Origin: Eledone cirrhosa
Taxonomy: Eukaryota
Direction of reading: 5' to 3'
NCBI GenBank assembly: GCA_964016885.1
Contig: OZ024742.1
Location: 257,796,001 to 257,860,000, forward strand
DNA: 64,000 bases
The translations under genes were made by a program, and so were the position numbers. This document shows, piece by piece, positions 41,927 to 56,322 of the stretch (position 1 is its first letter; each line of letters opens with the position of its first letter). A model generated the notes under the pieces. It was given only the letters and a program-made list of their open reading frames with translations, had not been told where the DNA came from and did not search any database.

Positions 41927-42004
41927 AATTGCCTTGTCTGACGAACGAATGAGGACGTTTCTTGTTTTCGTCTTATTCGAGAAACCTCTGGTAATGAGGT
42001 AATT
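41927..42004 (+). ncRNA. Type I hammerhead ribozyme
   Basis: AATTGCCTTGT-CTGACGA-A-CGAATGAGGACG...CGTCTTATTCG-A-GAAACC-TCT-GGTA-ATGAGGTAATT; 11-bp stem I with G-U pairs. Confidence 0.85.
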
Positions 42005-42103
42005 ATATTGTATTGTTTATTATACATTAAATTTAGCTCTGTAACTTACATAGAGCATTCTTCACTCATATGACTTTTTCAATTTTCAACGGAAATTTCA
42101 ATA

Positions 42104-42138
<35 letters not shown>

Positions 42139-42618
42139 CCAAAATTAAGATAAAATAAATTAAATGAATTTAATCTAAATCGAAATTACTTAATTTATTT
42201 TATCTTAATTTTGGATTTAGATATATATATACGGCTCCCTAATTGTAGAGCTATTTCTGTTGAAGAGAATTTGACTGCTATTTCTAGTTGTCGAAAACCT
42301 ATTCACGCCACTGAAACGAAACCGCTATCTTGTGTAGACACAACACGTGGTAGCGGCTAGATGAAGATTTGTGCTCATTCTGTAAGGACGATTAGCTGGA
42401 CATTATTACACTTTCCTTGTTGACAATCCAATAATATCCACTTTCCGTGACTTACCATCTTAATTGATGAAATATATTTCTTTAATGGGATATATACAAG
42501 GAAGGTTAATGACTCTTAAAGGTAAACATTACCTATACTAGCTCTGCGTGCTTACACGCGAGCTAAAATTATCTCCTGTGATTATTCATGTATATTTATA
42601 TGTTAATCAATTTCTAGT

Positions 42619-42708
<90 letters not shown>

Positions 42709-42713
42709 ATATT

Positions 42714-42747
<34 letters not shown>

Positions 42748-42870
42748 TGTATGTATATTATATTTGGTGATATACTGTGTGTTTAATTAAAAACATTTTG
42801 AAGACCTTGCGCTATCATTTTCAAGTATTGACTATGTCACTTACTTCTTTTTTCAGCAAAGGAAGGGAGA

Positions 42871-42916
42871 TAAGCTGACAGATCTGTTTCACACTGTTGG
42901 TGTTCATCAGAGCCTA
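42871..42916 (-). ncRNA. Canonical minimal type I hammerhead ribozyme
   Basis: TAGGCT-CTGATGA-ACAC-CAACA-GTGT-GAAAC-AGATCT-GTC-AGCTTA. GUC triplet; stem III is the palindrome ACAGATCTGT. Confidence 0.9.
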
Positions 42917-43129
42917 GTACTCGCCGATCTCTGCTGAAAATTATAGAGGCTGGATTCATATAGAATTCCAGTAATATTCAGGAACTGATTATACATAGCG
43001 ATTGCCGGTACGATCCTAATGTTTAATCTTTGCTAGACCGGCAGGCGCTCTGTATAATCAGTTCCTGATTATTACTGGAATTCTATAAGAATCTAGCCTC
43101 TGTAATGTTTGGCACAGGTCGGCGAGTAC

Positions 43130-43175
43130 TAGGCTCTGATGAATACCAACAGTGTGAAACAGATCTCTCAGCTTA
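43130..43175 (+). ncRNA. Second-arm hammerhead (GUC changed to CUC)
   Basis: TAGGCT-CTGATGA-ATAC-CAACA-GTGT-GAAAC-AGATCT-CTC-AGCTTA. Confidence 0.75.
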
Positions 43176-43331
43176 TCTCCCTTCCTTTGCTGAAAAAAGA
43201 AGTAAGTGACATAGTCACTACTTGTAAAAATTAGCGCAATTTTTCAAAATGTTTTTAATTAAACATACAGTATATCACCAAATATACTATACATACATTC
43301 ATGTATACATCGCTATTTCAGAGCACCTATC

Positions 43332-43388
<57 letters not shown>

Positions 43389-43489
43389 GTTATTCCGGGT
43401 TGAATCGGAGGTAACCACAGTAAGTAAGGTACTCAATACATTGCAGAGTATAAAAGTTTTAATATAGATGAGATTCATCTATATTAAAA

Positions 43490-43574
<85 letters not shown>

Positions 43575-45086
43575 GTGTGTGTATACAGAATGCTAGTTAT
43601 ATTTAATTTTACAATGATAAACTGTCGAAACTAGCAATTTGGTAAGGTACCTTGTACAGCATATAGGTTCAATAGATATATTTTTAATAATTGAGAATAA
43701 TTACTTGAATGCGTCACGGCTGTTACTGGCTTATCAAGACCCCTATAATTAGATGAATATTCCGTTATATATAGCCTTCGTTATAGGGTGCAATGTAGCA
43801 CATTTAATGAGGGTTAGGCAAACACGAGTGTTTGAGTGTGCGAGTTTTATTTTAATTCCTTCTCTATTAATCTTATGTTATAACATATTTTTCTTGAAAC
43901 TTGCTGCCTACTAAATATTTCAAGCAAATAAGATACTTATTAAATTTTACCCCACTGTAGTCTGGTAATATCATCACAGTATTGAACTATAATCCAACTA
44001 ACAAACAACTAACAAGTAAATCATAATAAGAATGGGTTACCTTATTGACTACGAGAGTCCAAGTATGTAATGCCAGTATAAAGACAAAATACAATAGAAA
44101 GTGTAGTTTACGTATATCGATTGAAAATGATCAAAGCCAATTAAAGTAACAAAGGGATCAATACATTTTCAACGCGATGAATTTCCTAATTGGAGAAAGT
44201 ATACCGGGGTGAATTAGGAGCAAAAACTAGACACAAATTTCCATATCACCAATTCAATTAAACAGGCTCCTACATATTATTGTGGAAATAGTATATAGGA
44301 AAAGCAGCTGGACGAAAGAATTAAAATATGACATCAGAATATATATGTATTCAAATAAAATTTAAAGCCACGTTTCATTTACATGTTACTTAAGATGTTT
44401 ATCAGTAATTAAATAATAGCAAAATCGTGATGGTGTTTTCTGAGAGTTAATTATGAATATGAAGTCAATGAAATTATTTGACAACCATACTAAACAACTA
44501 AGTTAATCAGCACAATACATACCACTAGAAGTACAATTGTGAGTAATTGAAAAGGAAAACAAAGCCAATAACTATACAGGTATTAAGTGGATGAAATTCA
44601 TCAAACCAAAATAGCCCCTAGTATCTGCTTTATCTCGTGTTTCTACAACCATGAAATTTAGTACCATATAAGCTGAAGTTCATTGAATACTTAATCTCGT
44701 CATCAGAAAAATAAAAAAACCTTCCTGAGAAGATTATTAAATTGATAATATTGTATACTTGAAATGCATTTGTGTTTCATGGCATATGGACTGGAAGTGA
44801 TTATTAAATGTGTAATATTATACAAATATTAGAATGGAAAATATAATAACATTTCAATAATCACATGTCTGCAGCCTGTGCTACTTGAAAGAAATAGAGT
44901 AATCTACTGCTGCTTGAAATTTCCTCACATATCATGTGGAATTCACCTCACATCAGTTAACATCAAAGTGGTGCATTGTTCTACTCATTTCACTCGAGAA
45001 TCTCATAACAGGTATATATTTATATTCACTTTTATTTCAAAATACTCACACAACATATTATGGACACACACACAAACACACACCAA

Positions 45087-45195
<109 letters not shown>

Positions 45196-45237
45196 TTACA
45201 TACGTAAAAACGTACATACATATTTTTTCTCTCCAAA

Positions 45238-45288
<51 letters not shown>

Positions 45289-46329
45289 TATACATATATA
45301 TACATGTGTATATATATATATTGGGTCTGTGTATGTGCGCGTATGCGTGTGTGTTTATATGTGTGTAATTGCATAAAACTATTTATAGCTACGTTTTTTT
45401 TATTTTCTTTATACCTCAAATACTTCATTACAAAATATTCTCTGTGGAAAAATGAAATGCTGATACAATATAGATAAGTGTGGTATATTATATTAGTGCT
45501 AAATGAAATGGATATAATATATTATGTGAGAGATTGAAAGCGATCATAGTGTTTAAGATGCTTGACTTTAAGTTGAAGTCTTAAAGAAAATATATATGAA
45601 ACATCATTGTTGTTTGTTATATGAGTTATCGATTTGTACCATGAAAAATACCTCAGAATCATTTGGAAATGTATATAGTATAGGATATAGACACCGGAAC
45701 CTTATTACATTGAACATCCAGCCTTATTTGATTGGCCTGGGAATATTACTTCATCGATCAAGAAACATAACACGCTAGGAGATTATATGTGATGGTATGG
45801 AAAATATTCCCTCGGTTTTGCCAATGTGTGTTCCAATTAACCTGCTCCTGAAAATACCCTGCAATTGGCTTGTCGTACCATAAATAAGTGTACAATTAAA
45901 TAAGTGTACACTTAACTAAGTAATATTCACCGTTACTCGAATTTTGACATGACTCCCCTTGATTTACCGATATAATTTTGATTCTACATTTGAGAAGTCG
46001 GGAGAAAGTGTAATAATGTCTCTCTCAAAAGAACTGAATGTGCTGACTGAATTCAAATTCACGAACTTGCACCCTAAGCAATAAACCCGGTGATAATAAA
46101 TTAAGTCAAATAGATTCGGGATATTCATAGATCCAGAATATTTGAATGTTATAGCTAACTTAGCCGCATTTAGCAATACAAATAGTAGCTCTGAAATCCC
46201 GATAGTGTCTTAGTTAAGACGTCTTGACCTCATCCTTATCCCGGTCGGAAAATAGCAGCCATTTTAGAGTGAGCTGGATATATTAAGTGGGGGTTGATAA
46301 GTGTATAGGACAGTGAAAACATCATGTAT

Positions 46330-47110
46330 TCAATTACTTTTCCATCGTTGAGCTCGAAAGAATGAATGAAAAACTGGATGTCGGCGGTATTTGAACTGAA
46401 AGGTCAAAGAGTTGGAACTAATAACTGAAAACATGATATCTGAAGTATTATCGACACCGTTACTTTGCTACGTTGCGATAAAAACAAAACAAAAATTAGG
46501 AATTGCGTAGAGAAAGAATCAAGGAAGAGTTACCATAAAATAATTGTTTCTACTATTGGCACAAGGCCAGCAATTACCCAGTACATTACTGGTACTTTAT
46601 TTTATCGACCCCATTAAGAGGAACCTCGATTCGAGCTCAAAACTCAAATGTACTTGACTGAGTAATTAAAGTGTAAAAAAATGAGGTGTCGGATTCGTTA
46701 CCACTTCGTCGCCGTTAGTCTATATTTTCTTTCTCCAGAAGAACTCCACTGGATTTTTGCAGTGGCAGTATCCGTAGAGCGTCAGACACCATGCTTTGTC
46801 TGGTAGAGTTATGGCCCTTTAAGCACTGAGTTCGAATCCCGACGAGGTTAACTTTGTCTTTTATCCTTACGAGGTTGATAAAATAAAGCACCAGTAATGA
46901 TGCACAGAGGCAATTGGTGGCCTATTGCCAAAAGTAAATATAATTATTTATAGTAAGCAACTATTATTATTAGTGTCTTTTGCGTTTTGCGTTGAGACCG
47001 ACGCATTTCAAATGTCATATCTTTAATATTATAGAATCAGTTCGATAAAATAAAGTGCCAGTAATGTACTGGGTAATTGCTGGCCTTGTGCCAATAGTAG
47101 AAACAATTAA
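46330..47110. mobile_element. Cluster of tRNA-derived SINE copies and fragments in both orientations
   Basis: B-box GTTCGAATCC at about 46830; 3' motif GGCCTTGTGCCAATAGTAGAAACAATT at about 47082 (+) and about 46542 (-). Confidence 0.65.
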
Positions 47111-49319
47111 TATTATAGAATCAGTTTACTTTGGAGAAAATATTCCAGGTGTATGTGACGTAATAACAGCAGCACATTGGTATTTCAATGTTAAAAAATT
47201 TCAATGTTGGTTGATTAGAGAAGTCATAGACGCAATGTATACGTATGTTGAACAATGGAACAACAATGTGGAATATCCTGTCAGTTTCTTGAATCCTTTA
47301 TTCCTTTCTTTGTTGAATTAAGAACGGTTCGTAATAGTACAGATTACTGTCTGTAAAAACGACCTCTTTTCATTTACATACCTAATTAATTAGGAAAATA
47401 GCAATATAATCAAAACGTGATATATTTTACACATTTTACTCCCCCACTCCATTATTGCTAATGCCGAACTACTATATAAATGTATTTATTTCCGTTGAGG
47501 ATAAATAGCATTGCTGCACTTTTCCATCTTAAAAAGGAAAATATGCCCTTAAACGCTTTCCTCATTCTTAACTGTTTCATTACAAACACACTCACACCCA
47601 CGCACGCGCACACACACACACATATGTGTATATACATACTTCATAGATACATATTTCATACATATATGCATACATATATACCTGCGTAAATACATACATA
47701 TATATGTGTGAGTTTGTGTGTGTATGTGTGTGTGTTTTATCAATCAAATAAAGTAATATATCAAGATTCGGAAACCTTTTAGCATATGCACCGTGGACAG
47801 CCTATTAATTAATGGATGGGGCGTCACATAAATGCCATGCCAGGAAACATAAAATAAAAGGAATTAATAAAATAAAGGAATTAATCTTTTAAATATATCT
47901 ACGAATATATTTTTCCGAACCCAATGAATAACATATGCTAGAATATCAATTTTCACAGTCAAATAAGATAAAGAAATTTATTAATCACAGTATAAATATC
48001 TGTAAAACTATCAGTAAAAATATATAACAGAATTCTTAAAGCCGAAAGAAAACTAATGTAGAAGCTGAATTGAATATTAGTTGATAATAGAAAAGCTAGT
48101 TATACAAAGTTAATGCAAGAAATTGATGTAGCAATACGACCGCTAATTATGTATGCTGTATGAGAATCCCTTAATATTTGAAACCAGACCAGTTGATGCC
48201 AAAACTACAAAAAACGTCAGTCAAATTTCATTCTGAAATTCATGTTCTTTTGAAATTATATATACACGCTTTCAATGTTATATATACGTTTAATTACAAA
48301 GCCTAGGACCAGGAGGAGAGTTCGTTTATCTCAATCATCATTGCAAGTGATAGGGGCATGCTTCTTATGGTATGGTAGGATGCGAGACTCAAAGAACACC
48401 TAGCAGAGAACTGCATAACCTTAACCATGTACTTGGAACTAAATAGAGATGATAAGGGAGAAGGCTTACATGGCCAACCCGTAGTATGATAAAACAAAAA
48501 ACAAATACAAATAAAATAGTGTTCGTCGATGCTACCCCCAGACGTCAATTAATTTACACATTTTGAAGGGTGTTACTTGAATTAAGATTTCCATTTAAGG
48601 TAGTAGAAAAGCCAGGCATTGCCATAAAAGAATGAATCAGGAGATCTAACCTTTTGAAGGTACATTTAGAAATTATCTGCAAGGAAAACCCATATATCTT
48701 CTGTAAAACTGAAATATTAGAAATGCATCAATGACATAGATGGGTCAAATGATTCGCAGTATAGAAGAAATGATGAAGAAGCTGTGATGGGAATTCAAAA
48801 ACGAGAAATCAAATTAAGGAAGCCACGTATATAACAGAAAATAAACTTCATCCCAAAAGAATGATTACCTGGAGTAATACAAATGTCCGATTCATGACAA
48901 AAGAAGTACAAACAACATAAATGTTAAAACAGAGGACTACGAGATATAAACCTACCTCCAATAGTATACAGTAACTCAATAAGAACTACCTAGTAAAGGG
49001 TGTGAGGGACAATTAAAATAAATAGACGTCATCAAAGATTATGAGTAGAAACAAGGTTGTTTTCCCTTTCAGATAGACGCGCTCGATCACTACCTTTTAA
49101 AAGAAGATTATCTTACACAAAACGCTAGCATCAACTGATTTCCTAGAGGTGGCGAGATCAATAGAACTGTGTTTTTTCTTGTTGTTTCCGCCACTGCCTG
49201 ACTCTTTAATCATTCTATTTCTTCTTTAATTTCTCATTCAATTTTCTGATAAAGGACTAGCTCCGAAATGTTAAAACACATTTTCTTTGTTATTTCTGTT
49301 TGACATTTGCACACACGCG

Positions 49320-49484
<165 letters not shown>

Positions 49485-49764
49485 ATACCCCCCCCCACAC
49501 ACACACAATATATATATAATTATGATAGTCACACTCTGAAGAGGGCTCGATATATATATATATATATATTTATATATATTTATATTGTTGGATATAATGT
49601 CCGAGAATCAAGTCTAGACTATTTTGAAACCGCTATTGAAAAGGTTACAAACGCTATAATATGCGAATTTAAATTTCTTAAGTACGGAGTACAAAGTTGA
49701 ATAATGGAATAATGTTCATACTTAGTGATCATAACTTGTCTCTCTCTCTATATATATATATAAA

Positions 49765-49996
49765 TGAAGTATTTCCGTAGAAAAGGTAAAGGAAAATAGA
49801 GTGCTCTATGTAGGCTGCAGAGCTTTTTAGTTATGTAGTAAACAACATAAGATAATTATTTTATTTGTCAATGGTTTCTTGAAGACAGATAATATTAAAA
49901 ATATTTCTTCTGATGAATGAAGACAGACATACATATCTGTCTTCAATAAACCATTGGTAGATGAAATAATTATCCTATGTTGTTTATTACATAACT
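49765..49996. repeat. Fold-back pLTR cassette with a decayed HHR (49903-49968, GAAA changed to TAAA)
   Basis: ATTTCTT-CTGATGA-A-TGAAGACAGA...TCTGTCTTCA-A-TAAACC-ATT-GGTA-GATGAAAT. The left arm 49765-49890 is the reverse complement of the same family as 33240-33368. Confidence 0.75.
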
Positions 49997-50117
49997 ATAT
50001 ATATATATAATAATAATAATAAATATTAAGACTAAAATATGAAGATCCCGTTAAGGGTGAAAGCAGCGATTCTTTGCTTAAACTTTAATCTGTTATTTTA
50101 ATAAATATATATATATA

Positions 50118-50305
50118 TAATTGTTTCTACATTTGGCACAACGCCAGCAAATACCCAGTGTATTACTGGTACTTTATTTTCTCGACCTCGTAAGGGTGAA
50201 AGGTAAATTTAACCTCGGCGGGATTTGAACTCAGAACGTAAAGGGACGTGACTATGCTGGAAAGCATGTCCGACCCTCTACCGATACTGCCAATTCACCG
50301 ACCCT
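50118..50305 (-). mobile_element. tRNA-derived SINE, near full length
   Basis: A-box TGGCAGTATCGG, B-box GTTCAAATCC, conserved 3' end. Confidence 0.8.
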
Positions 50306-52989
50306 GTAAGTCACACACACACATGTATATGCTCAAATTCATAGATACACCAATATATATATATACATAAAAGATTCTTAATTATTCATTAGGCCTTTCA
50401 AAAAGAAATTATTCAGCAGAAATATCGTGAACAACATAAAGAATGCGAGAAAAATGAAGAAATAGACAAAACCCAATACATACGGTCTGCGGCAACTTTC
50501 TTTGAATACTTAATAATGCAGTTATTTCTGTATGTCAATATTTATAAAGGTTAGACTCTAATGCCACATTGGTTGGAGGCATCACGTCAAATATATCATA
50601 TTGTATTTAAAAATGCAAAATCTGTATCTGTATGTATTTCACATGAAGCGTTAATCTGAGAGATTAAGTAATGTCGAATGCAATATAAGCGTTTCTTGCA
50701 GCTAAAATGTCAAATCATCTATGCAAAACCGTATTGATATATGTAAATATTAAAATAATGGCTGAATGATATTAGAAAGAGAAATTAATTTATCATTACC
50801 CCTTTCCTCTCGATATTTCTAATGAAACACAGTGCGTATTATTTTCAATTAATTTTGAACGTAATCAATAATTTGGAGGGATTTATTAATATGACTAGAT
50901 TTCTCATTATTTAACTCTTGTTTGCAGCCCAACATAATATTTCATACATAAAATTATACTCTAAAGATTAAATTTAAATATTATCATTTTAAATGAAACA
51001 TATTTGTAACATAGAAACTTAGCCTGTTTCGGTCCTTTTTTTCTAACAAAATATTAAACACGTTTATTTGTAGTGTCTTCAGAGTGTGGGCATTTGTTTC
51101 ATCGGTTTTTGCTCACATTATACTTCCCTCCAAATCCAACGTTAACTTTCCTCATGGCAGAGTTGAAAAATAAAATACCAATCCATGGATGGAGGAGTTG
51201 TGGAAAAATTAACTGAGATGATTTATGGCGTTTCGTATGGTTCTCGTAGCAAATCTCTAAAAGACAAACGCAAACATGGTGTGATTTGAGGATCGACCCC
51301 TGTTTTTGCTAAGCATATGCTGACGAACAAAAGGTTTGTTGTTTCTTTCTTTCGTATTTAAACTCACTTCGCCACATTGTTCGTATCTTCTAATTGTGTC
51401 ATTGGAGTACAATAAACTGTAAATCGTTTGTAATATTACAACGCGTTCATAGCTTCAACGAAATCTTAATAGATTTTAGTTGGCTTTTATTGAAAAAAAA
51501 TGTGTTCATTATATATAACAGGTATAAAGCAACATGGCTTTATATTATAGAAAATTGATGTTTGACTCAAGGCTGTAATGTCATGATTTCGATTCTCGGA
51601 GGCTTTGTGTCTTGAGCAAGGCATTATATTTCAAGTTGCTCAGCTGGCAAAATGTTGTTCTATTTGACATACCTTCTCAGATATCGTACCACATGAATCT
51701 CTTCGAGATATACATTATTCCTACTCATGTATTGAATACGCAGCCAGTTTCAGGTTATTAGCAGGCGTAGATTTCAATGATCAAACAACTGGAACTCTCG
51801 TCGTAGAACCGACGGAGATCTAACTATACAACATGTAATAAGCATCCATACAAGCTGGTCACCGCAGAAACACTGAACAGCTATGATGGATGGCAGATGA
51901 GCTTCGTTGTCTGCTTCATAGGCATTCGAAGAATGAAGGTGACGTAAATTTCAGTATTCCTTTCAAATTATCAAACAAAATTTCATATACGGAATAACTA
52001 CATTTTATATCATAATGTGCTCTATTTGGGATACTACGTTACATTATGAGAGAGAATGAACAATTATTTATTTCTAAACGCTCAACTACCAATATACTTC
52101 CACCGTTGTCTTGTTGGCTGGATTCCGCAGTTTACATTGTAAGATAGAAAGACTGCAACTAACGTATGCTTACTATCCAATCCCAGATATTAATCATTTA
52201 TAACTACTCCAACCATTTATTTTAGGAAACATCTATATCATTTGTTATATCAATTACAGTAAGATCAACATTGCTCGAACACGAATCAATCATATTTGTC
52301 ACAACCCTACTTAATCAATCGTTTTCTCTTCTCGTATAAAATATCGGTAACAATAGTTATCTTTTATAACATTATTAGCACTTATTGTTAGAAACCAATT
52401 GGAAAATTCTTCGAATCGATATTATTAGCAGTAATGAAAGTGAAGGAATTACAAGATGGTGAATTATTTTCTTGGTTGCTAGAGATTTGTTGAAAATAAT
52501 TTACAGCATATAATTTATTTTATCTTCGTTCTACGTTCAAATACCGCCAGGCCGACATTCCATTTCATAATTCTTGGCTCATTTAAATTGAATACCACTG
52601 TAGGAATGTAGTTGGTTATATCTTCCAAAATCCATTTTCAAAGGTATGTGACGATACACCTATATTATGAACCATTAGCGTTTGAAATCTATTTAATATG
52701 TTTTTATTCATATCTTAGACTTATGAAAGAAAAAAATGTTAAATGCCTATTCAATATATTTTAATAGTTTAGTAGGCACATAATATATCTTTTGTTGTCG
52801 TTATATAGAATATTCTTTATTTCTCTCTTAAGGTAGATACTTAAAAGTCTAAACTTGACATCAAAATCATTATAATGTATTTACAAAATTGGTTTGCCGC
52901 TTAGTACGTCCACCCTTTACATACTCCCTATGTAGGATAATGTTGGTTTCTGATTTACTACATTGTGATTTAATACATTACTGCTGTTT

Positions 52990-53450
52990 GTGTTATCGAC
53001 CTCGTAAAGATGAAAGACAAAGCTAACATCGGCGGGATTTGAACTGAGATTGTAAATCTATAAATCTATGCCAAAAGCATGTTGTCTGCCGCTCCACCGA
53101 TACTGCCAATCCACCATCCTACCTATTACGATAATATTTTGAAGGCACGTGGTATTCTGGTTAGGGTATTTGGCTCACTATCATAAGGCTTTCAGTTCAA
53201 TTCTTCGGCAGCGCATTGTGTCTTCAAGTAAGACATTTTATTTCACGTTTCTCCAGTCTTTTCAGTTGTCAAAATTGAATAGTACCTTTAATTGGAAGGG
53301 CCACATTTATTACATTTAACGTCAAGCTGAATTTCCCAGGGAAGATGGTTAAGGTTATACCTGTCTGGAGAATTCTAAGCCATATCATCTCACGAGTCTG
53401 TTCCTTCGAGTGTATCAACTGCAACACTCCTGGTGGAAGCGACGGAGAAC
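52990..53450. mobile_element. Two head-to-head degenerate SINEs
   Basis: Minus copy at about 52990-53118 (same family as 50118); plus copy from about 53143 with a tRNA-like head and CORE-like GTGTCTTCAAGTAAGACATTTTATTTCAC. Confidence 0.55.
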
Positions 53451-54655
53451 AATTTTGTGTATTATTTTAAAATACTATTTCATACAATAGAACCTTAGTT
53501 AAGTATTGATATATACCGTATTGTTAATTTTATTTCAATTGTAAAAATAAAAAGGATTAAATATTAATTTAATCAGTGCTTATATATTTATCATGCGTGA
53601 CCGGTGTCTAAATATTTTTCCATCTTATGTTGAGATATAAAGAATATAATGTGATCTATACAACGTGTTTATGTGTTAGTAAAGGTTCTATACAATATCT
53701 GTGTGCTATCGTATAAATACTCGTTGTATTTCTTTACAATAAAGACGTTCAAACCTATGTGTATCGGTTTTATTTACTAAAAGGAACATTGATCGAGTAA
53801 TAAAATTCATGTAAGTCCCCTTGTTTGTCGTTTATAGATAGGAAACTGCCCTAAGGGGAGTTTGATTGTTTTTGTTTGTTTCTGATAATTGCGAGAATAT
53901 CTTCAATAAATTGAAAGTATAAACTCATTATTTACATTTGTAAGACCCCACCGCCACTATATTTTATGTCATATATATTACCATTGTGCATTTGATGAGG
54001 CTTATAACTATGTTTTAAATTTATATAATTTCTCTCATAACATGACAAATGTGATGAATTGTGGGACTACAATCACGCATGTATTAAGCCGTAATAATAA
54101 TTGTTTCTACTTTAGGCACAAGGCCATCAATTACCCAGTGCATTACTGGTACTCGTAATAATAATATCCCATGTTCATATCAGTAAATATCTTAAATATT
54201 AATATAGACTCAAGTATAATTATCTAATGATGACTGATAAGAATTAAAAAAAGAAACATAGTATACTTGCCATTTAATTAAACATAACGTATTACAGCGA
54301 ATATTGGATGTTTTACGGCATGCATTCTTGATCTCAGTGCAGTGAGTTCAAATCCCACCGTGGTCAACATTGCCTTTCATGCTTTCGAGGTTGATAGTAA
54401 ATACAAGTCAAGTGCTTGGCTCAATTCTATCTTAATATCTATTTCTCATTCTCATTCTCTCACACACACTCAGTCTTTGGAAGGTGTTAGGAATCAGCTG
54501 TAATCAGACAGGACAGTATATCAGCTCCACCAGCTTTTAAAGATGCACAAAAAACACCATATGTCATTAAGTACATTCCAACGACAAGCACAGTGAGTAC
54601 AGATCCATTCAGGCATATATATATATATAATAAAATGTATGTATGCATGTATGAA

Positions 54656-54725
<70 letters not shown>

Positions 54726-56021
54726 TACATGCATACATACATTTTATCTATGATATTTACAACATAATTATTGGGTTTCAAAGAGCTATAATGAGGAATG
54801 CTACAAACCGATTTTCAAATTCTACTGAGTAAATTATATCTTCAGTTTCATTTTTTTTCATTTTAGTAGCTCGGATATCAAACAGTTGCTCCTGGCTGAA
54901 TCGTTAGTTCTTAGAATTGAGAGGTTACAACTACGATAATATGGGCATATGATCAGAATAACTAATTGCTGAACAGATGATATGGGCAAAATCAACAATT
55001 GGCCGGACACCAATGTGTTGAACAAGGAGGTTGAATAACAACCATGAACTCAGTTGGTCTTGCTTGGTTATCCAGCCGGATCAGATAGAATCAATTGCTA
55101 CTGACATGACCGGCTGAACGGTGCGCTCGGTGACTCTTTCCATAGGAGCATCACAGGAATTAGTGATCAAAGAAGTTACAGTTTGTTTGCATCTTCTGAT
55201 AGAAACAGCACTGCTTATATAGAAATACGTTCTGAACTCAACACTCTCAGATTAGATACATACACCAGAAAGCTTTATCAGTTGCACCAATCAATGCCAA
55301 ACATACATATTTATACATAAACAAAATAGAATAGTTGTCAATTCATGAAATGTTTCTGAATGTGGCAATCGTTGGTGGTGTTTCAGTGGAGGTGTACGTG
55401 GTGATATTTATATTACCTGTTGCAGTGGTGATGTTGGTGGTCAAGGTGGGGGTGGAGATTGAGGTGTTGGTGAAGGTTGTTGAGGAAGCGGGTTTCACGT
55501 TTTTGGTATGGCTGTTGTTGTTTTTGTTGATGGTCATTTTGATGATGGCGGTGTTGGGCTTGGAAAAAAAATCCTATGTTAACTGAAATTTATTTTTCCA
55601 ATGTTATCAAGAAAAATTATATTCTTCTATTAATATTTTTGTAGCATTGTGGAAATAGTGAATGTCTAAAATAACAAATAAATATGAATGTAGAGATAAA
55701 ATATAAATAAATATAACGACAAACCGAAATACATGAAAGGTTTTTATTATAAAATGTTAGTTCAATAGGAATGTGAAACCCAAGAATAATGTAGGCTTTT
55801 GAATAAAGCGTTGAATTCTATGCTAAAATGCATTGAAGAATAGTGTTTTAGATTCAATCGTCGGTGTATGTTAATGTGTTTAAGATGTATGCCTATGTGC
55901 TGATTCAAGTTTCCTTCCACACATTTATATACGTGAGGTGAATATCTTCGGGAATTATCACCACTTTGTTTCCCGAAAAATGGTTTTCAGTGTGATACAT
56001 GTTCGGACACATACACACACG

Positions 56022-56095
<74 letters not shown>

Positions 56096-56233
56096 CACAC
56101 ACACACACACACACCGGATAAAGAACTACTGTATATCGAGGACCCATATATAAAAGCGAAAACCAACCAAACAGTGAGTGTGTTCTGTTATTAATTCTGG
56201 CAATATTACGCAAATATGACCCTCCCCAAGTAT

Positions 56234-56306
<73 letters not shown>

Positions 56307-56322
56307 CATGTATATATATATA

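Larger units (their letters stand above)
42745..43305. repeat. Fold-back palindrome of about 560 bp with an HHR in each arm
   Basis: About 42745-43010 is the reverse complement of about 43035-43305; flanked by (TA)n. Confidence 0.9.

Noticed and set aside
49525-49640. CTGAAGA core interrupted by a TA tract
   Set aside because: No GAAA, stem III and NUH in register with a stem I.
54470-55590. Possible host exons, including a Thr-rich frame at 55343-55537(-)
   Set aside because: Low complexity, an in-frame stop just upstream, ambiguous splice sites and no recognisable domain; RNA-seq is needed.
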